DNA of 63,386 nucleotides, the filler included, from Octopus bimaculoides (Eukaryota), in the NCBI RefSeq assembly GCF_001194135.2. It is 4 parts of 3 records of this genome, joined end to end, with 100 filler letters (N's around TTAATTAATTAA, not from the genome) between each part and the next. Parts side by side here need not be neighbours in the genome. Positions count along the whole stretch, not along the records: positions 43,269 to 59,402 come from NC_068989.1; positions 59,503 to 63,386 come from NC_068987.1; 2 more parts are not named here. The stretch is one strand, 5' to 3'. This document shows positions 52,191 to 63,386 of this stretch, piece by piece; the stretch's first letter is position 1; each line of letters starts with the position of its first letter. The position numbers and the translations under genes are program-made. The notes under the pieces are model-generated. The model was not told the DNA's origin. It saw only the letters and a list, made by a program, of their open reading frames with translations, and ran no database searches.

Positions 52191-53974
52191 CGATACTATG
52201 CAAATGTGTGAACTCCGTTAAAAGGACCAGCCTTTAATGCTGGACAAGGAAAATCATTCAGTTTATCGCTAGGTCCACCCGACAAGAACAGTCTCTCCGG
52301 CAGTGTCCCACAGTTTCATATACCAAATTTCATTCTCATGGTTCTAATCAGCCTGTAAATACGATGTCACGCAATAAGACTGAACACTTAAACAGTTGCG
52401 ACTCTAACTTCTCTAACCGAATATTATGCTGCCATAATGAAAGCCAAAGGTTGTGCTCCGCCAGAACAGAATTCATTACTTAGATGGTTTTAACGTTTTA
52501 AACTAAATACCCCAAAATTAAAAAAAAACATACTTATGACATCACATTCCCCGTTCTGTCAACCACCATTCAAATCTTATAATAATGTAGCTTGTCATTA
52601 CGTTACTTAGACTGTCGGTAACGCTTTCAATTGATTAGAGAAAGAGAGGGAGAGAGAGAGAGAAGCGTTCATGACATGACGTAGAAGAATGTAATTGTAA
52701 CACTTTCACGTTATTCGTTGAAGCGAAAGAGAGGAAAAGTAAAAAGGAAAGAGAAAAGAGGATTAGGGGAAGAGTGAGACAGAAAGAAGGAGTAAAAAAA
52801 AGAGATCTTCCATGGCGTGTGGTACGGGGAACAATATTTATTACGTAGTTTAAAAAGTTAGTTGAAGGTAGTAATATAGAAAAAGAGAGTTAGAAATATT
52901 AGCAGAGTGGTGATGTTCTGATCGTGAGGTTAAAGAAATGGAGTGAGAGAACAGGGAGAGAGAGGGTGACAACGAGAGGGGAGAGGGAGATGGTGGTGGT
53001 GGTGTTGGTGGAGATGGCAGTGAGAAGTGTATTTTTTCAAAAAGTGTATTTTTTAAAACACATGCGCATAAGTAGAATTCCGTGAAATATTTACGCTTAT
53101 TTACGTGGCAGATATATGCAATTTAACTAAAGGTTGTATCATATGTACGGGATATTATTATTTTTTTCTGTTTGTTTATGGGGGAAATGGAAAAATAAGA
53201 GTGACCATTTATTTTAAGAGTGATGTGTATTAAGTCTATAAAATTGTGCATAAAACGTATATTTATATATAAAGTGCATTAAGTAATCATCGTATTCCAA
53301 TATCTTTCACTTTTCAGTGAGCAGCAATAGAGCGACTATCTTTTCATACAAATATAACACAGGCTACACTTTCAGGTTTTTTGGATAAAATACTATAAAT
53401 ACTAACGGGTCTTGCTAGTATTTATAGTTGGCTTCTTACAATGGTCTAGATCACAAATATGTAGGGGACGATAAGGGTGTAGTGGGGCGCTGTCATCACA
53501 TAAAGCGTGAGTTGGATACTTTTAGACCTGGCAAAGCGCAACGCTCTCCAGGTCTGACCGTTCTCGTTTTCTAGCAGAAAAAAAAGAAACAAAGAAAGAA
53601 AGAAACGACCAAACAAAGAATTAGAGAAAATGAATATTCGATCCAGTGCAGGATTAACACCTTATAAACCCTTACGGAGTGAATGACAAAGGTGACCACG
53701 GCAGGATTTGAACATAGGGTGCCGGAGTGATCACTATAGAGCAATCCATCTTACGGTCCAATGATTCTGCCAGTAGGCAGTCATCTCCGCTATATTGCGT
53801 ACAATATTCAATACTTCACCTCTTCACTCACAATCCAAATTTATGCTACTGGTCCGTTTGAAGTATCTTCCTTTTAAACAGTAAAGAGAATTTCGAATAA
53901 TTTTCAACCAATATAATTTGCATATTTGTTCCAAAAGAATGGTATTTGAGAGAGAGAGAGAGAGAGATAGGGTT

Positions 53975-54405
53975 AGCCGATAGCATCAAAAATTGTATCT
54001 AACTGGTACTTACTTTATCGGTGCCAACCGGATGGAGGGTAAAGTTGATTTTGGTAGGATTTGAACACAGAATACAAAGAGCCGGAAAAAATTCCGTTAA
54101 ACATTTTGTCTGATGCGCTGACGGTTCAGCAATTTCGCCGACTTGGAAATGCCGCGAAGCATCTTGTCCGACGTGCTAAAAATTCTGCCAGTGCGCCGCC
54201 TCAGAAATACTGCCATGCATTTTTGTCAAATGCGCTAAAGTATCTGTCTGCTCGCCTCTTTAGCAATGCTGGTAAGCATATTTTTTCGACACATTTAATA
54301 ATTCTGTCAGCTCGATGCTTTTGAAATACCGCTAACAATTTCTGTTCTGCCAGTTCGCCTCCTTAAAATGTCACTAAGACTTTTAAATGGCGCGCTAACG
54401 ATTTG
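53975..54405 (-). mobile_element. SINE family B copy plus tandem run of head-only (tRNA-like) units
   Basis: One body at 53975-54145 and head units starting near 54146, 54204, 54263, 54323 and 54366 (gaaat.cc...agcat...gcta...ttctg.cag..cgcc). Confidence 0.7.
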
Positions 54406-54888
54406 GTCTATAATCAAAATATAATGATGCTTGAATTTTGCAAGATATGTAATTTGTGGATTGTTCGTAACTGTTTTCCTGCCATCAAAAATCTTGCTAT
54501 TGTGTTGTATCTCAGTTTTTATATTGTCGCTGTAAATGAGAAATTCAAAGTTATTATCATTCATGAAATCTGAACTCAGAACGTAGAAAGTTGTGACTAA
54601 ATAATGCTCCTTAGTTCAGCAATCTCATTTTTTTTAGCTGCCACCGCATCCTCCTCCCACTCCTCTTTCTCTTCCTCCTTCTCCTTTTGTTTCGTCCAGT
54701 TTCTCATCTTTCCCTCTTTTCCTCCTCAGCCTCCTCCCTTTTCTTCCCCTTCTCTTCTTCATCTTCCACCTTGCACCACCGAGGTGACAGACGATCTGTG
54801 ATAAGTTCTTTGGCACTTTCAAGAGAATACGAAGGTGAGTTCTCATTGCTCTCCCTTCATCAAATTTTTAATTTTTATTTTTAAGAGA

Positions 54889-54982
54889 GAAGAAGAAGAA
54901 GAAGAAGAAGAAGAAGAAGAAGAAGAAGAAGAAGAAGAAGAAGAAGAAGAAGAAGAAGAAGAAGAAGAAGAAGAAGAAGAAG
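54889..54982. repeat. (GAA)n microsatellite
   Basis: Direct reading. Confidence 0.97.
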
Positions 54983-55459
54983 AGCAGGATACGAAAGCAG
55001 CGGGATCAACCTCAGTAATTCATTGTTGCTTTATTTATCGACGCTAAAAGGATAAAAAACAAAATTGACCACAGCGAACGTAAAAAACAAAAATGCTGCA
55101 AGTCAATTATAACAAACGATAGCTCACCGTCGCCGTTTTCCTCCGTCACCTCAAGCCATTTTCATTTTTAATTATATTTCTCACCAGCTTCTAGTGGACA
55201 CTGAATTAAATGGATGTTGTTGTTGTTAATGCTGTCTGTCGTCCACGCGACTTCATTTTTGCTTATATAAATATTGTATGATCCACATGAAAAAAAACAA
55301 ACATTTTCTATCTCCTAGATTTATGTAATTTTTAGTGTTGCCTGTCTGGATTTTGGATTCCGTTATTACTATTGTTGTTGTTATACTTGCTATTGTTGTT
55401 GTTTCTCTTGTTCTTGCTGTTAACGCTCCTGTTGCTTGGTTAACTTTTATCTGTAAATT

Positions 55460-55535
55460 GTTTCAGTCATTAGACTGTGACCATGCTGGGGCATCGCCTT
55501 GAAGAATTTTAGTCGAACGAATCGATCACAGTAAA

Positions 55536-55593
<58 letters not shown>

Positions 55594-55970
55594 TTGTAAA
55601 GGCTGGTACTTATTCTATCATTCACTTGTGCTAAACCGTTAAGTCACAGGAACGTAAACAGACCAACACCTGTTGTCAAGCGGTGGTGGGGATCACAAAC
55701 ACATACACACACGCACACTTAGACATATACAATGGGCATCTTTTAGTTTACGTCACAAAGCTTTGAACGGCCTGAGGTTATAGTTGAAGGCACTTGCCCA
55801 AGGTGCAACGCAATAGGACTGAACCTGGAAACATGCAGTTGGGAAGCAAACTTCTTGTCACACAGCCACGCCTGCGCCTATAGTTCTTGTCACACAGCCT
55901 ATAGTTCTTGTCACACAGCCTATAGTTCTTGTCACAAACTTCTTGTCACGCAGCCACGCATGCGCCTGTA
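55460..55970 (-). mobile_element. SINE family A with an internal (ATT)n expansion and a duplicated 5' end
   Basis: Family A landmarks are present; (ATT)n at about 55536-55593; 21-bp tandem units at 55877, 55898 and 55919. Confidence 0.88.
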
Positions 55971-56139
55971 GTTAGTGTTATTGTTATGCTGACCTTATTG
56001 TATTGTGACTGATGTCCTTACTGTTTCTAGTGCTGTGGTTATTTGTTGCTGTTGCTTGCCGTCGTTGTCAGTTTGTCTTGCTTTTGTCGTGTTATTCTCG
56101 TTGTTGTTGTTAATGTTGCTCTTATTACTGTTGATAGTA

Positions 56140-57072
56140 AGACAGCGAGCTGGCAGAATCGTTACCATGCTAGACAAAATGCTTTGTTGTATTTCGCCCA
56201 TCGCTCCGTTCTGAGTTCAAATTCCACTGAGGTCGATTTTACCTTTCATCCTTTTGGGGGTTGATAAAATAAGTACCAGTTGAAAACTGGAGTCGATGTA
56301 ATCGACTCATTCCCTGCCCCAAAACTGCTGCCCTTCTGGAAAAATTTGAAACCATTATTACTGTTGTTGTTAAAGCAGCGAGCTGGCAGAATCGTTAACA
56401 CGACGGGCCGAATGCTTAGCGGTATTTCGCTCGTCTTTACGTTTTGAGTTCAAATTCTGCCGAGGTCTACTTTGCCTTTCATCCTTTCAGGGTTAATAAA
56501 TTAAGTACCAGTGAAATACGAGGTTGATGTAATCGACTAGCCCCCTCCCCTCAAATTTCAGGCCTTGTGCCGATAGTAGAAAAGATTATTACTGCTGTTG
56601 TTAAGGCGGCCAGTTGGCAGATTCGTTAGCACGCTGGGCAAAATGCTAGGCGGCATTTGGTCCGTTACGTTCTTAGGTCCAGTTCCGCTGAGGTCGACTT
56701 TATCTTTCATCCTTTCTGCGTCCATGAAATAAGTACTAGTCAAATCCTGGGGTCGATAAAACGACTAGTACCCTCCCCCAATTTCCAGGCATTGTGCCTA
56801 TAGTAGAAGGAAATATTATTATTGTTGTTTTTAAAGCTGGCAGAATCGCTTCCACGCCGGGTTAAATGCTTAGTAACATTTCGTCTGCGTCTTAACGTTC
56901 TGAGTTTAAATTCCAGCGCGTTTGACTTTGCCTTTCGACCAATCGGCGTCGATAAAATAAGTACCAGTTAAGTATTGACATCAATATAATCGACTTGCGT
57001 AACTCCCCCTAAATCACTGGCCTTGTGCTAGAATATGAAAGCAATGAGGCAGTGAGCTGGCAGAATCATTAG
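56140..57072 (+). mobile_element. Head-to-tail array of four SINE B copies plus a fifth head
   Basis: Heads (gagctggcagaatcgtt-like) near 56146, 56378, 56610, 56835 and 57053, each body with a gttc..agttc B-box region and the cctttcatcc core. Confidence 0.9.
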
Positions 57073-57249
57073 TTAAAACAACCTTACTTCCACATGACAT
57101 TGTTGTTATTCTTGTCGTCATCTTCCTTGTCGCTGATGTATTTTATAGTCTTGCAGTTGCTGCTTCTGTTATCTTTGCTGTTGCATTTGGTGTCATCATC
57201 TTCTTCGTTGCTTGCGTTATCGTTGTTCCTGTGGTATCGTAATTGTTGT

Positions 57250-58036
57250 CTTTTTACTGTTGTCGTATATGTAACTCTCTCCCTCTCCGAACCGATGTAG
57301 TGTACTGTATATATTGGCGCTATGTTGTTCGTATTTGCGTTATTGTTGCTTCTTTGGTTCTTGATATTGGTTTCAAATATTGACGCCAGACCATTTTCGG
57401 GTGAGATGGAAGGGGGTTAGTTGATGACATCGATCCCAGTACTCGTCTGGGATCTCAGTACTGAAATGAAAGCAAAGTCGCCCTCGGCGGAATTTGAACT
57501 CAGAACGTAAAGAGGGACGAAATGCTGCTAAGCATGTTGCCCGGTGTTCTAACGACTCTGCCAGGTCGCCGTCTTACTTTGGCTCCTTTGGTTCTCCATA
57601 TTGCTACTATCACTGTTGTTGTGTTAGCAACCCTCTCTTTTTCACTCGTTGTGGCATATATTGGCACCATTTTGTTCGTATTTGCGCTATTGTTGCTGCT
57701 GTTTGTTTCTTCATAGTGGTTTCAAATTTTGGCACAAGGCCATCATTTGTGGGGAGACGGTGAGTCGGGCTAGTCGAAAGAATGAAAGGCAAAGTAGTCC
57801 TCGGCGGAATTTGAGCTCAAAACGTAAAGACGGCCGAAATTCCGCTTAGCATTTCGCCCAACGCGCTAACGCTTCCGCCGGTTCGCCGCCTTTCTTTGGT
57901 TCTTCGTATTGCTACTGTCACTGATGTATTCGCAACCCTTTCTATCCCACTTCATGTGGAATAGATTTGCGCCATGTTGTTCATATTTGCGTTATTGTTG
58001 CTGCTTCTTTGGTTCTTCATATTGGTTTCAAATTTT
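57250..58036 (-). repeat. Higher-order tandem repeat: about 140-bp spacer + SINE B, period about 306-349 bp, truncated by a gap
   Basis: The spacer motif atgttgttc.tatttgcg.tattgttgct...ggtttcaaat recurs three times (ggtttcaaat at 57369, 57718, 58024); the first two are followed by a reverse-oriented SINE B and the third runs into the gap. Confidence 0.85.
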
Positions 58037-59206
58037 NNNNNNNNNNNNNNNNNNNNNNNNNNNNNNNNNNNNNNNNNNNNNNNNNNNNNNNNNNNNNNNN
58101 NNNNNNNNNNNNNNNNNNNNNNNNNNNNNNNNNNNNNNNNNNNNNNNNNNNNNNNNNNNNNNNNNNNNNNNNNNNNNNNNNNNNNNNNNNNNNNNNNNNN
58201 NNNNNNNNNNNNNNNNNNNNNNNNNNNNNNNNNNNNNNNNNNNNNNNNNNNNNNNNNNNNNNNNNNNNNNNNNNNNNNNNNNNNNNNNNNNNNNNNNNNN
58301 NNNNNNNNNNNNNNNNNNNNNNNNNNNNNNNNNNNNNNNNNNNNNNNNNNNNNNNNNNNNNNNNNNNNNNNNNNNNNNNNNNNNNNNNNNNNNNNNNNNN
58401 NNNNNNNNNNNNNNNNNNNNNNNNNNNNNNNNNNNNNNNNNNNNNNNNNNNNNNNNNNNNNNNNNNNNNNNNNNNNNNNNNNNNNNNNNNNNNNNNNNNN
58501 NNNNNNNNNNNNNNNNNNNNNNNNNNNNNNNNNNNNNNNNNNNNNNNNNNNNNNNNNNNNNNNNNNNNNNNNNNNNNNNNNNNNNNNNNNNNNNNNNNNN
58601 NNNNNNNNNNNNNNNNNNNNNNNNNNNNNNNNNNNNNNNNNNNNNNNNNNNNNNNNNNNNNNNNNNNNNNNNNNNNNNNNNNNNNAATATTTTTTTGTTT
58701 TCTTTCTTATTGTCGCAGTCGCTGTCACCGATGCATTTGTTATCCGATGACCCTCTACACCATTAATACGCCACCGTCACTGCCGCTACCGCCTCCGCCG
58801 TCACCAACAACAACAACAACCACAACAACACCAGAACCCCCACTACTACCAGAATCACCACCACCAACACCCCCATTTCCACCACCACCAACACCCCCAT
58901 TCCCACCACCACTATTACTGCCCATACCATCACCAGTACTACCAACGCCACCAGTTGATCAAAACACTGACGCCGTGATGTTATTGTTGATGTTGATGTT
59001 GTTGTTATTGTTACTGCTGCTGATGATGATAATGGCAATATCACATGACCCTGGCAGCCAAATCAGTTCAATCTGTCTACTATTGATTTGGTTTATTTGC
59101 GCAGTCCATTTACAGAGATAGATTTCGCCGTCACATGGAAGACGGGAAAAAAAAATTAAGCAAATGAATAAATGAATAAAAAAACATTACGAAAAACAAC
59201 ATATCA

Positions 59207-59207
59207 A

Positions 59208-59259
<52 letters not shown>

Positions 59260-59268
59260 CCATCATCC

Positions 59269-59304
<36 letters not shown>

Positions 59305-59352
59305 CCATCATCCTCATCATCATCCTCATCATCATCATCATCACCATCATCC

Positions 59353-59387
<35 letters not shown>

Positions 59388-59402
59388 GTCATCATCCTCA
59401 TC
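59207..59402. repeat. (CAT)n microsatellite with CAC/CCT variants
   Basis: Direct reading. Confidence 0.95.
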
Positions 59403-59446
59403 NNNNNNNNNNNNNNNNNNNNNNNNNNNNNNNNNNNNNNNNNNNN

Positions 59447-59458
59447 TTAATTAATTAA
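59447..59458. other. Assembly linker TTAATTAATTAA (artefact)
   Basis: 44 N + 12-mer + 44 N. Confidence 0.9.
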
Positions 59459-60208
59459 NNNNNNNNNNNNNNNNNNNNNNNNNNNNNNNNNNNNNNNNNN
59501 NNCGCTACATTTAGTTGGGAAATATATTTTACGATTCCGTACTGTGTGTGTGTGTGTATATATATATATTTATATATATATATATGTAGGACCGCTACAT
59601 TTAGTTGGGAAATATATTTTACGATTCCGTACTGTGTGTGTGTGTGTATATATATATATTTATGTGTGTGTGTTTGTATGTGTGTGTATATGTATGTATG
59701 TATATATTCTAATATTATATATGTATATATACTAATATTATAAATATATGTGCATATATGTATATGTATTTACCAATATATAAACTCACAAACACATACA
59801 AACACAACATACATACACATAAATATATATGTGCGTGTGCGTGAGTATTTATGTATTTATGTGTGTGTATTTATGTATGTATATATACGCATGTACATCT
59901 TGAAGTCTATCTTTTCCCATCATCCACCCAGGGTATCTGTCTGTCAACACAGTACATCCTACATAGCTGCTTGTTTGTTTTTCCACAGTTCCAATTTTGC
60001 AGTCTCAATGATAAACTTAATGTGATAACATAACTGATACAAACAGTTTATCATATCAAGTTCCCTGCTTCTTGACGTCTATCTAGATTTATCACATCAA
60101 AGACGGATGTTGTTTGTTAATAAGTGTCCAACTTCCTGTTTGTTTATTCCACCATTATTAATATTACAATAGTTCTCCGCAACTGTTGTTGTTTTCTTGC
60201 TATTATAT

Positions 60209-60538
60209 GAAGGCGCATAGCTCAGTGGTTAGAGCACCGGGCTCATAATCACAAGGTAGTGATTTCGATCCCCGGACTGGACTGTGTGTAACGTTCTTTA
60301 CTTCACGTTGCTCCAGTTCACTCAATTGTAGAAATGAGTTGCGATGTCTCTGGTGCCAAGCTGTACTGGCCTTTGCCTTTCCCTTTTCCCTTGGATAACA
60401 TCAGTGGTATGGAGAGGGAAAGCTGGTATGCGTGGGCGACTGCTGGTCTTCCATAAACAACCTTGCCTGGACTTGTGTGCTTCGGAGGGGAACTTTCTAG
60501 GTGCATCCCATGGTCACTCATGACGGAAGGGGGTCTTT
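60209..60538 (+). mobile_element. tRNA-derived SINE family C, near full-length
   Basis: tRNA-like head ggcgcatagctcagtggttagagcacc...tttcgatccccgg, followed by a non-tRNA body (ttcacgttgctccagttcactca.tgtagaaatgagt ... catgacggaagggggtctt). Not a functional tRNA: no acceptor-stem closure. Confidence 0.8.
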
Positions 60539-60539
60539 A

Positions 60540-62985
60540 GTCAGAATCTTTAGCAGGTCGGACCAAATGCTTACCGGCGCTTCGTCCGTCCTTACGTTCT
60601 GAGTTCAAATTCCGTTGTCATCAGCTTTGTCGTCCATCCCTTTCGGAGTCGATAAATCAATCACCAGTTGATGTAATCCACTTACCCCCTTTCCCGAAAT
60701 TGCCGGCCTTGTGACATTTGAAATCATTATCGCTCCTATTGCCAAGGCAGTGAGCTGGCAGAATCGTTAGCACGTCGAACCAAATGCTTACCGGCATTCT
60801 GACTGTCTTTATGTTCTGAGTTTCGATTCCGCCGCGGTCGACTTTGCTGTTCATCATTTCAGAGTCGATAAAATAAGTACCACTTGAGCACTCGGGTCAA
60901 TGTAGCCCACCTACCCATCCACTCGCTTCCTCGAAATTGCTGGCCTTGTGTGAAAATATTTGAAACCGTTACTAATGCTACTGACAAGACGGTTAGCTGG
61001 CAGTTTTGTTAGCACACCGGACTAAATTCTTACCGGCGCTGCGTCTGTCTTTATATTCTGAGTTCAAATTCCGCCGTGGCTGACTTTGTTTTTCCTCATA
61101 TTGGGGTCAATGAAATATGCATAATTCAAACACTGGGATCGATGTAATCGACTTATCCATTCCCACGAAATTGCTGGCCCTGTGCCTATAATAGAAAGAC
61201 TTAATACTGCTATTGCCAAGGTGGCGAGCGGGCAGAATCTTTAGTGTGCCAGGCAAACTGCTTAGTGGTATTTCTTTAGTTTTCACAGAATAAGGTAATG
61301 TCGACTTCGGGCAGGATTGTAATTGACTGCTTCCTCCCCTAAAACTGCTGGCGTTGTGCCAAAATTCGAAACCATTTAGGTGCACAGTTAGCAGAACTGT
61401 TAACACGCCGGATAAAATGCTTAGCGGTTTTTCTTTCGACTCTTTATGTTCTGAATTCAAATTGCGCCGAAGTCGACTTTGCCTTTCATCATTTCCATGA
61501 CGATAAGATAACTAACATTTGAGACCAGAGTTCCCACGAAATGTCAAGTCTTGTACTTATAGTAGAAAGGACAGATCTTTCTGATTTGGCGATAACTTAA
61601 AAAAGATGTTATTTTCTCAATAACACTAAGAGTAAAAGATGTTTTATATGACACATTCTACTAGTGTCCAAAGTTTGAAAGTGTTTCGTTAAGAAAACAA
61701 GTGGCGCCCGCCAAATCAGAAAGATCCGAAAGGACTATTTCTGTTGTTGTCAAGCTAACGGATTAAGATACTTATTATAGCTTCGGACTAGATGCCTAAC
61801 GGTATTCCTTTCGGCTATCTACATTCTGAGTTCAAATTCTGCGGAGGTCAACTTGACCATTTATCCTTTATGGGTTAATAAAATAATATACCCTTCAAAG
61901 CTGCTGTCTGTGAGCCAAAATTTGGAACTATATAGGTTGATGAGCTTGCAGAATTGTAAGAGCGTCGGATAAATGCTAAGCGGCATTTCTTCCGGCTCTT
62001 TACGTTTTGGGTTCAGATCCAGCTGAAGCCAGTTTTGCCTTTTGTTCCTCCGATGTCGATAAAATAATGTACCTATGAAGAACTGTGGTAGATGGTACTC
62101 ACTAACTACTCCTTAAAATCGCCGTATTTGTGCCAAAATTTACTTCTATTGTTAAGGGAGAGAATTGATGGAACCGTTAGAACGCCCCGGACAAAATTCT
62201 TAGCGATATTTGGTCTGTCTTTACGTTCTGAGTTCAAATTCCACTGGGGTCGACTTTGCCTTTCGTCATTTCGGAGTCGATGAAATAAGTATCGGTTGAG
62301 CATTGGGTTCGATTGAATCAATTTACTCCTTCCCCCTAAATTGCTGGCCATGTGCTAAAGTTTGAAGCTCTTGTTACTCCTGTTGTCAGTGTGGTGGATT
62401 GGCAGAATTGTTTAGAGTCTGACAAAATGCTTATTGTCATTTATCATGGTTGTTAACGTTCTGAGATGAAATCCTGGTGCGGTCGGCTTTGCCTTCTATA
62501 TTCTCTGTATCAATGAAATAATGTCTCCCTAAATTGGTAGCCTTGTGCCTACCAGAGAGTCGGATAAAATGCCTTGTAGCATTTAGCTACGATTCTTCTA
62601 TGTTCTGAGTTCAAATCCTGCTTTTTGTCCGTTCGGGATCGATAAAATGAAGACCCTACCAAAAATACTGCTAGCCCTGGAAACAAATATTACGATTATT
62701 ATAATGATGATGGATTGTCAGAATCATTAAAGAATGGGTATTTAGTAACGGCACTGAGTTCAAATTTCTCCGACGTCAACTTTGCTTTTCATCCTTTCAG
62801 GGTCGATAAAATAAAGTACCCGTTAAATTCTGGAGTCGATGGCATCGCTTAATCTTTTCTCTCAAAATTCCTGGCCTCCTTCCTCTATCAGCAACTTTAA
62901 TTGTTGTTACGTTAAAGAAATGGATTGGTACAGTCAGTTGAATGTCGAACAAAGCATTTTTAGCGGTATTTCTAACGAGTCGTTA
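60540..62985 (+). mobile_element. Head-to-tail array of about 11-12 diverged SINE B copies
   Basis: Recurrent head (ggcagaat..ttag...aaatgctt), B-box (ttctgagttcaaat), core (gcctttcatc...gtcgataaaataagtacc) and tail (ggccttgtgc) at roughly 160-240 bp spacing, all on the + strand. Confidence 0.88.
61573..61727. mobile_element. 155-bp MITE with 18-bp perfect TIRs and an 8-bp TSD (Merlin-like termini)
   Basis: gatctttctgatttggcg (61574-91) / cgccaaatcagaaagatc (61709-26); flanking gaaaggac at 61565-72 and 61728-35. Confidence 0.8.
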
Positions 62986-62994
62986 TAATGTGAG

Positions 62995-63386
62995 TGATGG
63001 TGATGTTGATGGTGATGGTGATGGTGATGGTTATGGTGATGGTGATTGTGATGGTGATTGTGATGGTGATTGTGATGGTGATTGTGATGGTGATGGTGAT
63101 TGTGTTTGTGATTGTGATTGTGATTGTGTTTGTGATTGTGATTGTGATTGTGATTGTGATTGTGGTTGTGGTTGTGATTGTGGTTGTGATTGTGGTTGTG
63201 ATTGTGATTGTGATTGTGATTGTGATGGTGATGGTGATGGTGATGGTGATGGTGATGGTGATTGTGATTGTGATTGTGATTGTGATTGTGATGGTGATGG
63301 TGATGGTGATGGTGATTGTGATTGTGATTGTGATTGTGATGGTGATTGTGATGGTGATGGTGATGGTGATGGTGATGGTGATGGTG
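62995..63386. repeat. Hexamer repeat mosaic (GGTGAT)n/(GATTGT)n/(GGTTGT)n
   Basis: Direct reading; runs to the window end. Confidence 0.95.

Noticed and set aside
60212-60275. tRNA gene-like sequence
   Set aside because: It is the head of a SINE: degenerate B box, no 3' acceptor strand, and continues into a SINE body.
56140-62985. Repeat-spacer periodicity reminiscent of a CRISPR array
   Set aside because: Units are diverged Pol III SINEs of about 200 bp in a eukaryotic context; no short invariant repeats and no cas genes.

Overview
Eukaryotic, AT-rich, repeat-saturated draft-assembly window with many N-gaps, most flanked by (TA)n/(CA)n. The SINE set, transposon relics and microsatellite load resemble an Octopus (cephalopod) genome; this is inferred, not searched. 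I cannot support any intact host protein-coding gene, so the window is probably intronic or intergenic, and almost all ORF-track entries are microsatellite or gap artefacts. Recognisable content: decayed LINEs (CR1-like x2, R4/Dong, L1/Tx1, RTE), a decayed Penelope-like element (PLE) ORF, several Tc1/mariner relics (DD34D, DD34E, DD41D-like), three tRNA-derived SINE families, and two tiny MITE-like elements. Best find: a complete type I hammerhead ribozyme (11439-11483) inside a hairpin-rich 346-bp tandem unit that abuts (TA)n, with a second family fragment at 43101-43168, i.e. a candidate retrozyme or PLE pseudo-LTR. Also notable are orientation-coherent SINE arrays and a SINE-plus-spacer higher-order repeat at 54-63 kb. 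Boundaries of decayed elements are approximate and were read by eye.
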